This document shows, piece by piece, positions 1-8,531 of a DNA stretch of 33,503 bases (positions are counted from its first letter, which is position 1; every line of letters begins with the position of its first letter). Location of the stretch: contig MFUO01000031.1 in the NCBI GenBank assembly GCA_001786995.1, forward strand, positions 1 through 33,503. Direction: 5' to 3'. The stretch comes from Candidatus Nomurabacteria bacterium RIFCSPLOWO2_01_FULL_33_17. GTDB lineage: Bacteria; Patescibacteriota; Minisyncoccia; Phycocordibacterales; UBA9973. The translations under genes and the position numbers were made by a program. Below the pieces are notes generated by a model, which was given only the letters and a program-made list of their open reading frames with translations, ran no database searches and was not told where the DNA came from.

Positions 1-115
1 CACTAAGAGTCAAAAGAACCCCCATTTCATCAACGGTTCGAATAATTTCTACATCACTGGGACTGTCTACTAACGCCTTGATTATATAATCAAGAAAGGC
101 TTGATCGTTCTGCAT
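1..115 (-). CDS. khpA: KH-domain RNA-binding protein (KhpA/YlqC family), 5' part; runs off the window edge
   Basis: Manual translation from ATG at 115: MQNDQAFLDYIIKALVDSPSDVEIIRTVDEMGVLLTLS. Lies directly downstream of rpsP, a conserved adjacency. Confidence 0.85.
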   Translation of the reverse strand, partial: MQNDQAFLDYIIKALVDSPSDVEIIRTVDEMGVLLTLS

Positions 116-186
116 ATTTAATTATTTATTAACACTTATTTCTACTAAAACTCATTATTAAGAGTGTACACGAATTATATCATGTA

Positions 187-492
187 TTAACTTTTTTTGG
201 CATCTTTACGCTTACCAGTCTTTGATTTCTTTGGTAAAGCATTCTTTTTTGAACCTTGGATTATTTCCTGTTTAACTAAAAAGTTGTGAACAGTGTCGGA
301 AACACCAGCACCTTCTGCAATGCGTTTTACAACTTCTTCTTTATCTACAGTAAAAAGATTTTGTTTCAAATCATAATTTCCAAGAATTTTAATGAATTTA
401 CCACTTTTAGTGGAATTTTTAGAATCAGTCAAAACCACGCGAAAAGCGGGATTATTCTTGCGACCGAATCTTTGTAATCGAATTTTTAACAT
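187..492 (-). CDS. rpsP: 30S ribosomal protein S16
   Basis: MLKIRLQRFGRKNNPAFRVVLTDS...GKFIKILGNY signature. Confidence 0.97.
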   Translation of the reverse strand: MLKIRLQRFGRKNNPAFRVVLTDSKNSTKSGKFIKILGNYDLKQNLFTVDKEEVVKRIAEGAGVSDTVHNFLVKQEIIQGSKKNALPKKSKTGKRKDAKKS

Positions 493-498
493 AGTGGC

Positions 499-527
499 AT
501 AGTATCAATAATTTAATCCCTAGTCAA
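499..527 (-). promoter_or_regulatory. sigma70 promoter of rpsP, probably leaderless
   Basis: Minus strand reads TTGACT-17 nt-TACTAT-6 nt-ATG. Confidence 0.7.
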
Positions 528-560
528 GCGTCGTTAAATAAGGTAGGATGGAATATATAT

Positions 561-2531
561 ATGAAGAAACATCCACCCCGGCTTACAGCCACCCCTCAAG
601 AGGGGAATAAAAACAAAATAAATAAAAACAAGCAACAAAAAAATAAAAGCCAAAAGCTAAAACCTAACAGCCAACAACTAAAAACCACAACCGGCAAAAT
701 CAGAATGAGTAAATCCGGTAATGGTTTTATTGACCTGCCAGACAATAGCTCGATAATCATACCCAAAGGCATGACAGCCGATGCAATTGACCGCGATACT
801 GTAAAAATAGAAATGCTTCCACCGCGGTTTGGTAAAAAAGGTCTAGCCGGAAAAGTAACAGAAATAATAAAACGCGGTACAACTGTTATTGCCGGTGTTA
901 TTGATTGTGAAGGTAAAACATTTTTCTTGAAACCAATTAAAAAGCAATTCCCTTTTTTAGTTTATTTAAAGCCAGGGCATTTAGGAATATCTACATGTGG
1001 TACGGCAGCATTGGCTAAAATAACTTCATGGTCAAGTGTTATACCTGGAAATATAGAAGGTGAAATTGTACATACATATGGAACCAGGGGTGAACACGAA
1101 ACCGATATGGCATTAATATTGTCGGAAAGTTTAGAAAATCCAACTTTCGAAAAAGCTTTGATAGACACTGTACACAAACTACCAACACTGAATGAAGATT
1201 TAGCAATCCGTGATGGACGACGAGATTTTCGAGATATTACAACATGTACAATTGACCCGGATACGGCTCAAGACTTTGATGATGCATTATCTCTCAAAGA
1301 ACTACCAAATAATGAATATGAAATAGGTATACACATTGCTGATGTCTCACACTATGTCACGGTTGGCGACGCAATTGATTTGGAGGCATATCGTCGCGGA
1401 ACTTCAATATATTTAGTTGATAGATGTATCCCAATGCTTCCGGAAAAATTATCAAATGATTTGTGTAGTCTCAAAGAAGCTGTCCCCCGTTTGACTATGA
1501 GTACTGTTGTAACTTTAAGACACGATGGTAGTATAAAAGACACTTGGATTGGACCTGGAATAATTAATTCCAACAAAAGATTTACCTATAATGAAGTTGA
1601 CGAAATTTTAAAAAATAAAAAAGGTTTACTATATAAAGAACTAAGAATATTAATGGATCTTGCAATTATTATGGAAAAATCTCGTGTTGCCAGGGGCGCA
1701 TTAGTATTTAACCGTGACGAAGTGCGTTTTGTATTAGATAAAAATGGTAAGCCAATAGACATAATTCGTGAGAAATCAAGCCCATCGCATATGCTAATAG
1801 AAAGCTTTATGCTACTGGCTAACACAATTACAGCTAACCATATTGCCGGACGCAACAATGGTGTAGGTAAAAAAGAAGGTATGTATCGTGTTCATGGTGA
1901 CCCAAATGAAATCGCAGTTATGGAATTAGTTTTATTTGCACGCGGTCTTGGAATCAAAACTCCTGCGCATTTTAAAAAATCAGCTGACATTTTAAAACAT
2001 ATCCAAAAAAGTGTAATCAATTTACCCATTGCCCCAATTATCGATGATATGATTATTCGTTGTCAGGCCAAAGCTCATTATAGTGAAATAAACAGTGGGC
2101 ACTTTGGGCTTGCTTTAAAATCCTATACTCATTTTACATCTCCCATTCGCCGATACCCCGACCTTGTCGCACATAGAATTGTCCGTAATATGCTATTGAA
2201 TAAAAATACTCCATATACTGCCAAAGAACTGCATGCAACAGCCGAACATGCCAGCGAACGCGAAGAAAGAGCGACCGAAGCCGAACGAACCAGTATTCGC
2301 TACAAACAAATTGAATTTTTAGAAAATGCTATCAACACAAATCGCACAGGTATGCTTGTGGGTATGACCGATATGGTTATTAAAATCATTGATACGGAAA
2401 CTGGTGGTATGGTAATTTGCTCTCCCAACAAAATCCGTGTATCTCTTGGCGACTCCATCACATACACTCTCCTTGTCGCCGACCGCTTGCAGGATATTTT
2501 AAGTGGGGAGATTAAAGAGAAGAATATTTAA
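561..2531 (+). CDS. rnr: Ribonuclease R / RNB-family exoribonuclease with a short C-terminal region
   Basis: TIDPDTAQDFDDALS catalytic motif, HIADVSHYV, LIESFMLLAN, HFGLA..YTHFTSPIRRYPDLVAHR. Confidence 0.93.
   Translation: MKKHPPRLTATPQEGNKNKINKNKQQKNKSQKLKPNSQQLKTTTGKIRMSKSGNGFIDLPDNSSIIIPKGMTADAIDRDTVKIEMLPPRFGKKGLAGKVTEIIKRGTTVIAGVIDCEGKTFFLKPIKKQFPFLVYLKPGHLGISTCGTAALAKITSWSSVIPGNIEGEIVHTYGTRGEHETDMALILSESLENPTFEKALIDTVHKLPTLNEDLAIRDGRRDFRDITTCTIDPDTAQDFDDALSLKELPNNEYEIGIHIADVSHYVTVGDAIDLEAYRRGTSIYLVDRCIPMLPEKLSNDLCSLKEAVPRLTMSTVVTLRHDGSIKDTWIGPGIINSNKRFTYNEVDEILKNKKGLLYKELRILMDLAIIMEKSRVARGALVFNRDEVRFVLDKNGKPIDIIREKSSPSHMLIESFMLLANTITANHIAGRNNGVGKKEGMYRVHGDPNEIAVMELVLFARGLGIKTPAHFKKSADILKHIQKSVINLPIAPIIDDMIIRCQAKAHYSEINSGHFGLALKSYTHFTSPIRRYPDLVAHRIVRNMLLNKNTPYTAKELHATAEHASEREERATEAERTSIRYKQIEFLENAINTNRTGMLVGMTDMVIKIIDTETGGMVICSPNKIRVSLGDSITYTLLVADRLQDILSGEIKEKNI
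570..608 (+). repeat. REP-like palindromic element inside the rnr 5' coding region
   Basis: AGCCACCCCTCAAGAGGGGAAT (587-608) is the exact reverse complement of 32567-32588; contains a CCCCTC-AA-GAGGGG hairpin. Confidence 0.8.
646..687 (+). repeat. Degenerate heptamer tandem repeat (x6) inside rnr
   Basis: AAAGCCA AAAGCTA AAACCTA ACAGCCA ACAACTA AAAACCA. Confidence 0.65.
2463..2525 (+). repeat. 63-bp direct repeat, copy 1 (rnr 3' end)
   Basis: 56/63 identical to 3271-3333 by manual alignment. Confidence 0.9.
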
Positions 2532-2541
2532 AAAATAAAAA

Positions 2542-2868
2542 TTATATTTGAACACCAGTATTTTTTATTTCTTCAATCAAAGAACTGCCCCCTAAAAAGT
2601 CTTTTGATGAAAAACCAATTGGCTCAAGCCCTGAAATGACTTCAGCTTTATTCCTATTTTTTAATAAAAACTGAATTGCTTTAATTCTATCATTAAAAAA
2701 AGGAGAAACAATACAAACATCTATATCACTTTTTTCATTATTTTTCCCTGTTGCAGTTGAACCAAAAATAAATACCTTGTCAATAAAAATAGCCTCTTCT
2801 TTTGAAAGTCTTTGTGTATAACCTAAAACCATATTAATTATTTTTTTTGAGATTCTTTTTTTAGCCAT
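2542..2868 (-). CDS. Minimal nucleotidyltransferase (MNT), partner of the HEPN protein
   Basis: VFIFGSTATG...SDIDVCIVS Pol-beta motif; 108 aa; overlaps the HEPN gene. Confidence 0.88.
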   Translation of the reverse strand: MAKKRISKKIINMVLGYTQRLSKEEAIFIDKVFIFGSTATGKNNEKSDIDVCIVSPFFNDRIKAIQFLLKNRNKAEVISGLEPIGFSSKDFLGGSSLIEEIKNTGVQI

Positions 2869-3236
2869 AAAATTAATTCTTTTGTAAGATTTAGATATTT
2901 TTCAACAATATCTTTCTTATTAAACTTTTTATAAAATTCAAACTTTTCATCACCATATCTTCCAGCAATATTAAAAGAAGAAATTTCATTTAATATATTA
3001 AAATATTTTTTACTGATTTCAAATCCAGTCAAGATAGCAAGTTTTTCCAAATCATGACTGAATGGAGGATTTTCTTTTGTATGTTTTACAATTAAACCTT
3101 TTAGTAATTTTTCGAGACTCAGATGACAAAAGAAAAGAGCTTGGGGAAAATGTTTTAATTTGAAAAGCCCATTTGCAACTTCAAAGTCTTTTTTACTACT
3201 TTCCATCCAAAAATCAATAACTTTACTTTTTGTCAT
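2838..3236 (-). CDS. HEPN-domain protein (HEPN/MNT toxin-antitoxin-like pair)
   Basis: W...SKKDFEVA, FFCHLSLEKLLKG, PPFSHDL, AGRY. Start placed at the MTKSK ATG (3236) rather than the track's 3266. Confidence 0.88.
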   Translation of the reverse strand: MTKSKVIDFWMESSKKDFEVANGLFKLKHFPQALFFCHLSLEKLLKGLIVKHTKENPPFSHDLEKLAILTGFEISKKYFNILNEISSFNIAGRYGDEKFEFYKKFNKKDIVEKYLNLTKELILWLKKESQKK

Positions 3237-3270
3237 ATTTAATATAATAACACAAAATAAATACAAGTAC

Positions 3271-3333
3271 TACACCCTGCTTGTCGCTGACCGTTTGCAG
3301 GATATTTTAACTTGGGAAATTAAAGAGAAGAAT
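3271..3333 (+). repeat. 63-bp direct repeat, copy 2 (orphan rnr 3' end)
   Basis: Translates YTLLVADRLQDILTWEIKEKN*, versus rnr YTLLVADRLQDILSGEIKEKNI*. Confidence 0.9.
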
Positions 3334-3334
3334 T

Positions 3335-3366
3335 AAAAAAGGCCTCCTTTGTGGGGTAGGCCTTTG
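3335..3366. terminator. Probable intrinsic terminator hairpin
   Basis: AAAGGCCT...AGGCCTTT inverted repeat, preceded by an A run. Confidence 0.5.
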
Positions 3367-3427
3367 ACTTATTCAGTATATTTTTTTCTCCCTGAATGGA
3401 GTCTAGTTTAAAAACTAGCAAAATTCT

Positions 3428-4297
3428 TTAGTGACCGCCACCGTGATTAGGAGGAGTAGTGTAAAGTCTATTCAATCGTTGATTTTCCTCATAAAGGAAA
3501 TCATTCCTTTCGGATTGAAAATCGTCAGCCCGACGAATTCTTCTACGATTGTGTCTCAACACATTATCTTCCACATCCCAGCTATCTTCAAGTTGGGCAA
3601 TGAAATCTCTGGCTGGCCGTGGGCGTAAAAAATAAATTAATAACGCAATGAGTGCTAGAGACCCAAGAATTATCAATAATATTGCCCACCATGGAAGTCC
3701 TGCTGAGCCGTTGGTCGCTCCTGCATTCACCGCGGCACTACCGCTAATTAAAACTTGGATTGTGTCCATATGTATCTTATTGTTTAAATTTTGATTATTA
3801 TTAAGTGAGCTTGACCCGTCACCTTTCGGGGTTCCACCTGTATTCCCCCAAGTGGTGGAGATAAAGTTTCCTGAATTGAACTTTTTTAAGAGCTCAACCA
3901 GTTTAGTTTCATTCCTAGAGTCTGCAACTAAGTTGCAACACTCTTCTTTAAACAAGGGATATTCCCATCCCATTGCGGGCCCCGAAGGTGTCCTGTCATA
4001 GAATGGATAAAGCATCCGTTTGTTCGCCGCAGTATTTTCATGCGGTTCAGTAAGAATGAAAGTTTTATTCCCGGTGTCGGACATTGCATGTCCATTGATT
4101 TTACACCATTCAACTATCAGGTTTACAATTTGTTCGCCTGTGTTACCAGCATCATTTACAACAGTGTTGTCATAATTACCGGTAGCTAATAGTGAATACG
4201 GAACATTACTAACCTTATGGGCACTTTGTGCACTCGCGTAGAGCGCTGAGAAAGTAATAGCAAGTGCTGCTAATACTCCTATCATGTTTTTTTTCAA
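3428..4297 (-). CDS. Hypothetical secreted, membrane-anchored protein
   Basis: N-terminal signal peptide (..LYASA/Q), C-terminal TM helix LPWWAILLIILGSLALIALLIYFL followed by basic residues; upstream TTGACT-17-TATTAT promoter. Confidence 0.75.
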   Translation of the reverse strand: MKKNMIGVLAALAITFSALYASAQSAHKVSNVPYSLLATGNYDNTVVNDAGNTGEQIVNLIVEWCKINGHAMSDTGNKTFILTEPHENTAANKRMLYPFYDRTPSGPAMGWEYPLFKEECCNLVADSRNETKLVELLKKFNSGNFISTTWGNTGGTPKGDGSSSLNNNQNLNNKIHMDTIQVLISGSAAVNAGATNGSAGLPWWAILLIILGSLALIALLIYFLRPRPARDFIAQLEDSWDVEDNVLRHNRRRIRRADDFQSERNDFLYEENQRLNRLYTTPPNHGGGH

Positions 4298-4349
4298 TTT
4301 TTAATTTTCTTGTCTTAGGTATATAATAGCATATTGGAAGATAAAAGTC

Positions 4350-4383
4350 AATACCCCTCTTGACGACAGTCAAAAGGGGTATT
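4350..4383. terminator. Hairpin, probable terminator downstream of the 4426-5679 gene pair
   Basis: AATACCCCT-C-TTGAC-GACA-GTCAA-A-AGGGGTATT. Confidence 0.6.
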
Positions 4384-4425
4384 TTAATGCTATTTTATAA
4401 GGCTTTTTAGAAATTACCCTAAAAA

Positions 4426-4791
4426 TTACATTTCTTGTATTTTAGACTGTAAAGATTCTATATTTGCTTGGTCAACAATGCCATCAACTTCCTTAACCAT
4501 CTCTTCAAGACTGTTCAATTCGGCTTCTACAAACTGCATATCCCCTGCTAAATCATTCTCAACGGCAGATAATTCAGTTTCCATTTGCACATTTGAAGCA
4601 GCAATATCAGCTTTATCAGCATCGGACATGCTAGTATTATCACTATCAATATCTTCTTGGATAATATCTTTTATTTCTTCTTTTATATCAAAAGTTAATT
4701 CGCCGGAAGACAATAAAGCTAATATTTTATTTTTTCTATCTGCACTCAATGGACTATTTGTAATTTTATCTATAAATTCTTGTTTATTCAT
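4426..4791 (-). CDS. Hypothetical acidic helical protein
   Basis: 121-aa ORF 15 bp downstream of the 4807-5679 ORF; no motif recognised. Confidence 0.7.
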   Translation of the reverse strand: MNKQEFIDKITNSPLSADRKNKILALLSSGELTFDIKEEIKDIIQEDIDSDNTSMSDADKADIAASNVQMETELSAVENDLAGDMQFVEAELNSLEEMVKEVDGIVDQANIESLQSKIQEM

Positions 4792-4806
4792 ATATATTTT
4801 ATTTAA

Positions 4807-5679
4807 TTAAGCAACCATTGATAAGTTTTCCATAAGAGAAATTTTAGCAGCCAAAGCTTCTTTTCTTTGCTTCATTTGTTCAGCCATATTTTTTGCATCC
4901 ATTTCAGCTTGTTCTGCATTTTGTAAATCAGCTACAGTTTGTGCAAGTTCAGCATCATAATCGGCTTTTGCTTTTTCTAATCTTTTTCGATTTTGCTCAT
5001 CACGATATTTTTGCTTTATTTCGGCAACTTTCATTTTTGCGGACATATAAGCATTTTCTCCATAAGCTTTAACTTTGTCATATCTATCAGCAACACCATC
5101 TTTGACTTTTACTAATTTTTCTACAGTTTTATCTTTTGCATAAGAAGCAACAGCTAATACAAGCTCTTTCTTTTCAGTAGCAAATTCATTCAATTGGTCA
5201 GTCTTTTTATCAGCCCAAGCTCCTACAGCATCACGGCCTTCATTCATTTTATTACCAAATGCAGTTACTTTATCTTTTGACCATTCATAACCGGCTTCTA
5301 CTCCTTGTTCCATTTTATCAAATTTATCATCTACCCATTCTGTGGCGGCAACAGCTTTTTCACCAATAGCTACGCCTAACTCATGAGCTTTTTCATCTGT
5401 ATATTTATCGGCCTGTTTAGCGAGTTCTGGAGCGGAAAGTGTTGCAGCTACTGCTTCACCTCCAAAATGTTTTGTTTTATTCCAAAATCGAGATATTGAA
5501 CTACCAGCTTTAGTAAACCAAGAGGAAACTTTCTCCTTTACACTGTTTAATTTTGTACTAATAGCGGCCATTCTTTCGCGACCCGTGGCAAAAGGATCCT
5601 CTTGCCCACCAACACCTGCTGGAATTTCTGTTCCATCTATTTTTTTCTCACCTGTATCTTCTGTTTTACCTTCATGCAT
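4807..5679 (-). CDS. Hypothetical amphipathic-helix / coiled-coil protein
   Basis: 290 aa, rich in A/K/E/D with periodic aromatic residues; promoter upstream. Confidence 0.75.
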   Translation of the reverse strand: MHEGKTEDTGEKKIDGTEIPAGVGGQEDPFATGRERMAAISTKLNSVKEKVSSWFTKAGSSISRFWNKTKHFGGEAVAATLSAPELAKQADKYTDEKAHELGVAIGEKAVAATEWVDDKFDKMEQGVEAGYEWSKDKVTAFGNKMNEGRDAVGAWADKKTDQLNEFATEKKELVLAVASYAKDKTVEKLVKVKDGVADRYDKVKAYGENAYMSAKMKVAEIKQKYRDEQNRKRLEKAKADYDAELAQTVADLQNAEQAEMDAKNMAEQMKQRKEALAAKISLMENLSMVA

Positions 5680-5716
5680 AAATTAAAATATATACTAAAT
5701 TACGAGTAATAGTCCT

Positions 5717-5746
5717 ATTATACTAATTGTCTATATCTTATGTCAA
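5717..5746 (-). promoter_or_regulatory. Consensus sigma70 promoter for 4807-5679
   Basis: TTGACA-18 nt-TATAAT on the minus strand. Confidence 0.7.
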
Positions 5747-5765
5747 TGATTGGCGCTTAAATTCG

Positions 5766-5805
5766 CCCCCTGCCAAGGGGGAGATGTCTGAAAGACAGAT
5801 GGAGT
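5766..5805. repeat. REP-like double-hairpin element
   Basis: CCCCC-TGCCAA-GGGGG followed by TGTC-TGAAA-GACA; GC-rich patch in an AT-rich spacer. Confidence 0.5.
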
Positions 5806-5863
5806 GTTTAAAATTGGAAATAACACAATAAAAAAAGGCCTCTCCTTGCTCTGTTTTGCTCTA

Positions 5864-8164
5864 TTATTTCGCTATTTTGGTGGCGTCTGCGAATTCGATA
5901 GACAGGAGCTTGGAGACAGAGTCGGAGTTCATAGTTACGCCGTAGATAGTGCCAGCGCGCGACATTGTCTCGCGATTGTGAGTTACAACGATCAGTTGGG
6001 TGTGGGACGAGAGCTTTTCAAGCATGTCGCCGTAGCGGCGCGAGTTTGCTTCATCGAGCGCCGCGTCGGTTTCGTCAAGAACCAAGAATGGTGGCGGGTT
6101 GACTTGTGAAATTGCAAACAACAATGCAATTGACACAAGAGATCTCTCGCCTCCGGAAAGCATTGTTAATTCTTTAACTTTTTTATTGGGCAAATCAACA
6201 TGAATATTTACTCCCCTTTCAAACTTGGGTAACAATGATTCTTCTTCATCATCATCTAAAGATTCATCATCCAACGAATCTATTTCTAATTTTATATCTT
6301 TTTTAAGTTCAGAAACTAATGACAAAAATGCATTTCCCCCACCAAACATGAGTTTGAAGAATTCAGCAAAAAATACATTTATCTTATCAATACCTTTACT
6401 AAATTCAAGTCGTACAGTTTCTCGCAAATCACTAATTAATTTCAGTAATGATTCTATACTATTATTTAAATCTGCTAACTCTTTGCTCAAATATTCATCC
6501 CTTTCTTTTGTTGTTTCAAATTCAGCAATTATGTCTCCCCCAGATCCACCTCCTATGTCTTCTAATTTCAAGCGTAGCCTCTCAAGAGCCCTTCTTTCTA
6601 TCACTAAGGCCTCTTTACCCAATGGCGCATCAGTTTCTGCATGGTCAAGCGAATTAATCAAAAATGGTTCAAACAATTTCTTTTCTTCGTCCATTAGCAT
6701 CTTGTCTTGCAAAATTCGTTCTAAATCCGATTCTACTTTTGACTTCTCCCCCAACAGTCTTGTTTTCTCAACACGAGCTTTATATTTTTCGGCTTCGCTT
6801 GATCTTATTTGTATTTCTTTATCTTGCAATGTTTTTAATTGTAATTTTTCGTCTACATCCAACAACCTAACCGATTCTATATTTTTTTCTATTTCTTTTT
6901 TTAAACTATCTTCCAATTGTAATGCTTGATTTAATTCTTCATTATTATCACTTAAACTATTTATAGGTTTTTCTATTTTATCTTGTGTATTACCAGAAAC
7001 GCCTTTGTAGTTATCTAAAAAGCTTTTTACTTTTTTACCTAATTCTCGCAAACTTGTAGAAATAAGATGAAAATCTGTTGTTGGATTATTTATAACATTT
7101 TCAAGTTCATTGTTTATCTCTTCACAAAATCTTATAAATTTTTCCCTTGATATAACAACATCCTGATCAACAGAATTGTTTGAAACATGGGGTTTACGAA
7201 AAGCTTCGATCAAACCTTCGGTACGCCCCAATTGCCTTTCTAGTGATTCTCGAGTGCGCAACAATACAGACTTTTCAGCATTAATTCTTTCAATGCTTTC
7301 TTTGATACTAGATATTTCATTATTCTCTAACGCGGGTTCAGGAGATTCATCAGTATTTTTATATAAAGTAAGCTCAGTCTCAATATTGAATAATTCTTTA
7401 TTTAATAAATCATGACGAGTAGAAACTATCGACCTTGTACTTTTTTCATAATGAAAATACCGGCGCGACAATTCTCTGCGAGCCTCTTCGGCTTCATTTA
7501 ATTTTTCTACTTGTTTTCGCAAGAAATTCAAATGTGGAGCCAATTCTCTCCTCGCGGACATTATCTCGGATATATTTATTTTAGATTTTTCTAATTTGCG
7601 CATTGAATCTCGAATACGGATTTCATAAATTCGTAAACCCAGTGCATCATCTATCATTGCGCGTCTTTCTTTTGCACTGGCAGTCAATAGTCTGTCGGCT
7701 TGACCCTGAGAAATTATATGATGCCCGGATGACCCAATATGAACAGATGCTAATAAATCCGTAACATCTTTTAATCTTACTTCGCTACCTTGAATACTAT
7801 ATACACTATGCCCATCAGCATAAAATTCACGAGCAATGCTAACAGTATCAAAATCAAGTGAAATATTTTTACCAATATCGTTCGATAATGAAAGCTTTCT
7901 TTTTTTATTATCAAAAAATATTTCAACTTTAAGTTTGTTAACAGCATTACTTAATTTTGAACCTTTGAATAATAAATCACTAGTGCCTTTACCACGCAAA
8001 GACTTCATGGATTGTTCACCAAGTACAAATCGCATTGCTTCAACAACATTTGATTTACCAGACCCATTCGGCCCAACAATTGCAGTAATTGGTGCATCTA
8101 CAGATATAGAAGACTTTTTACCAAAAGACTTGAAACCATTTATCTCCAAAGTTCGTAAAGTCAT
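5864..8164 (-). CDS. smc: SMC-family ATPase, short form (766 aa)
   Basis: GFKSF, Walker A GPNGSGKSN, Q-loop IISQG, signature LSGGE, Walker B/D-loop FLVLDETDAALD, IVVTH; downstream of rnc. Confidence 0.9.
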   Translation of the reverse strand: MTLRTLEINGFKSFGKKSSISVDAPITAIVGPNGSGKSNVVEAMRFVLGEQSMKSLRGKGTSDLLFKGSKLSNAVNKLKVEIFFDNKKRKLSLSNDIGKNISLDFDTVSIAREFYADGHSVYSIQGSEVRLKDVTDLLASVHIGSSGHHIISQGQADRLLTASAKERRAMIDDALGLRIYEIRIRDSMRKLEKSKINISEIMSARRELAPHLNFLRKQVEKLNEAEEARRELSRRYFHYEKSTRSIVSTRHDLLNKELFNIETELTLYKNTDESPEPALENNEISSIKESIERINAEKSVLLRTRESLERQLGRTEGLIEAFRKPHVSNNSVDQDVVISREKFIRFCEEINNELENVINNPTTDFHLISTSLRELGKKVKSFLDNYKGVSGNTQDKIEKPINSLSDNNEELNQALQLEDSLKKEIEKNIESVRLLDVDEKLQLKTLQDKEIQIRSSEAEKYKARVEKTRLLGEKSKVESDLERILQDKMLMDEEKKLFEPFLINSLDHAETDAPLGKEALVIERRALERLRLKLEDIGGGSGGDIIAEFETTKERDEYLSKELADLNNSIESLLKLISDLRETVRLEFSKGIDKINVFFAEFFKLMFGGGNAFLSLVSELKKDIKLEIDSLDDESLDDDEEESLLPKFERGVNIHVDLPNKKVKELTMLSGGERSLVSIALLFAISQVNPPPFLVLDETDAALDEANSRRYGDMLEKLSSHTQLIVVTHNRETMSRAGTIYGVTMNSDSVSKLLSIEFADATKIAK

Positions 8165-8187
8165 AAAGTTGAAAGTTATAAAGTTTT
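8148..8187 (+). repeat. Short tandem array (AAAGT core x5), left flank of the four-helix-bundle gene
   Basis: AAAGTTCGT AAAGTCAT AAAGTTG AAAGTTAT AAAGTTTT. Confidence 0.65.
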
Positions 8188-8520
8188 AATAAAACCCGAA
8201 AGCATTTTAGATATCTCTATCGACCTTTCACTAAGAATTTCTTTTTCTTTTAAAGAAATATAATTTAGATCAACAGCCAAAGAAAGCATAGATCTAACCT
8301 CTCCACATGAACCTTTGGCAATAAAAAGAAAATTCCTTAATTCTTTATTTGTTTGTCTTTCAAAACCCTCAGCAATGTTATTCATTATTGAAACTGAAGC
8401 TCTTTGAATTTGGTCTCTAAAAGAATAATCTTTTATATTAGAAAAATGTTTATAGACTAAAACAACAAATTCCTTTGCTTTACTCCAAACCATAATGTCT
8501 TCAAAAGATTTTATTATCAT
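8176..8520 (-). CDS. Four helix bundle protein (23S rRNA IVP / TIGR02436-like, structurally related to Avd)
   Basis: SFEDIMVW, DQIQRASVSIMNNIAEGFER, FLFIAKGSCGEVRSML. Confidence 0.92.
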   Translation of the reverse strand: MIIKSFEDIMVWSKAKEFVVLVYKHFSNIKDYSFRDQIQRASVSIMNNIAEGFERQTNKELRNFLFIAKGSCGEVRSMLSLAVDLNYISLKEKEILSERSIEISKMLSGFIKTL

Positions 8521-8531
8521 AGTGTGATTTT

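Noticed and set aside
5804-6109. 101-aa + strand ORF and the other antisense ORFs over smc, rnr, nusB and the surface genes
   Set aside because: Shadow frames of well-supported genes, with no motifs
8176-8520. Diversity-generating retroelement (Avd-like gene)
   Set aside because: No reverse transcriptase and no TR/VR pair in the window; the rnr-tail repeat mismatches are not adenine-specific
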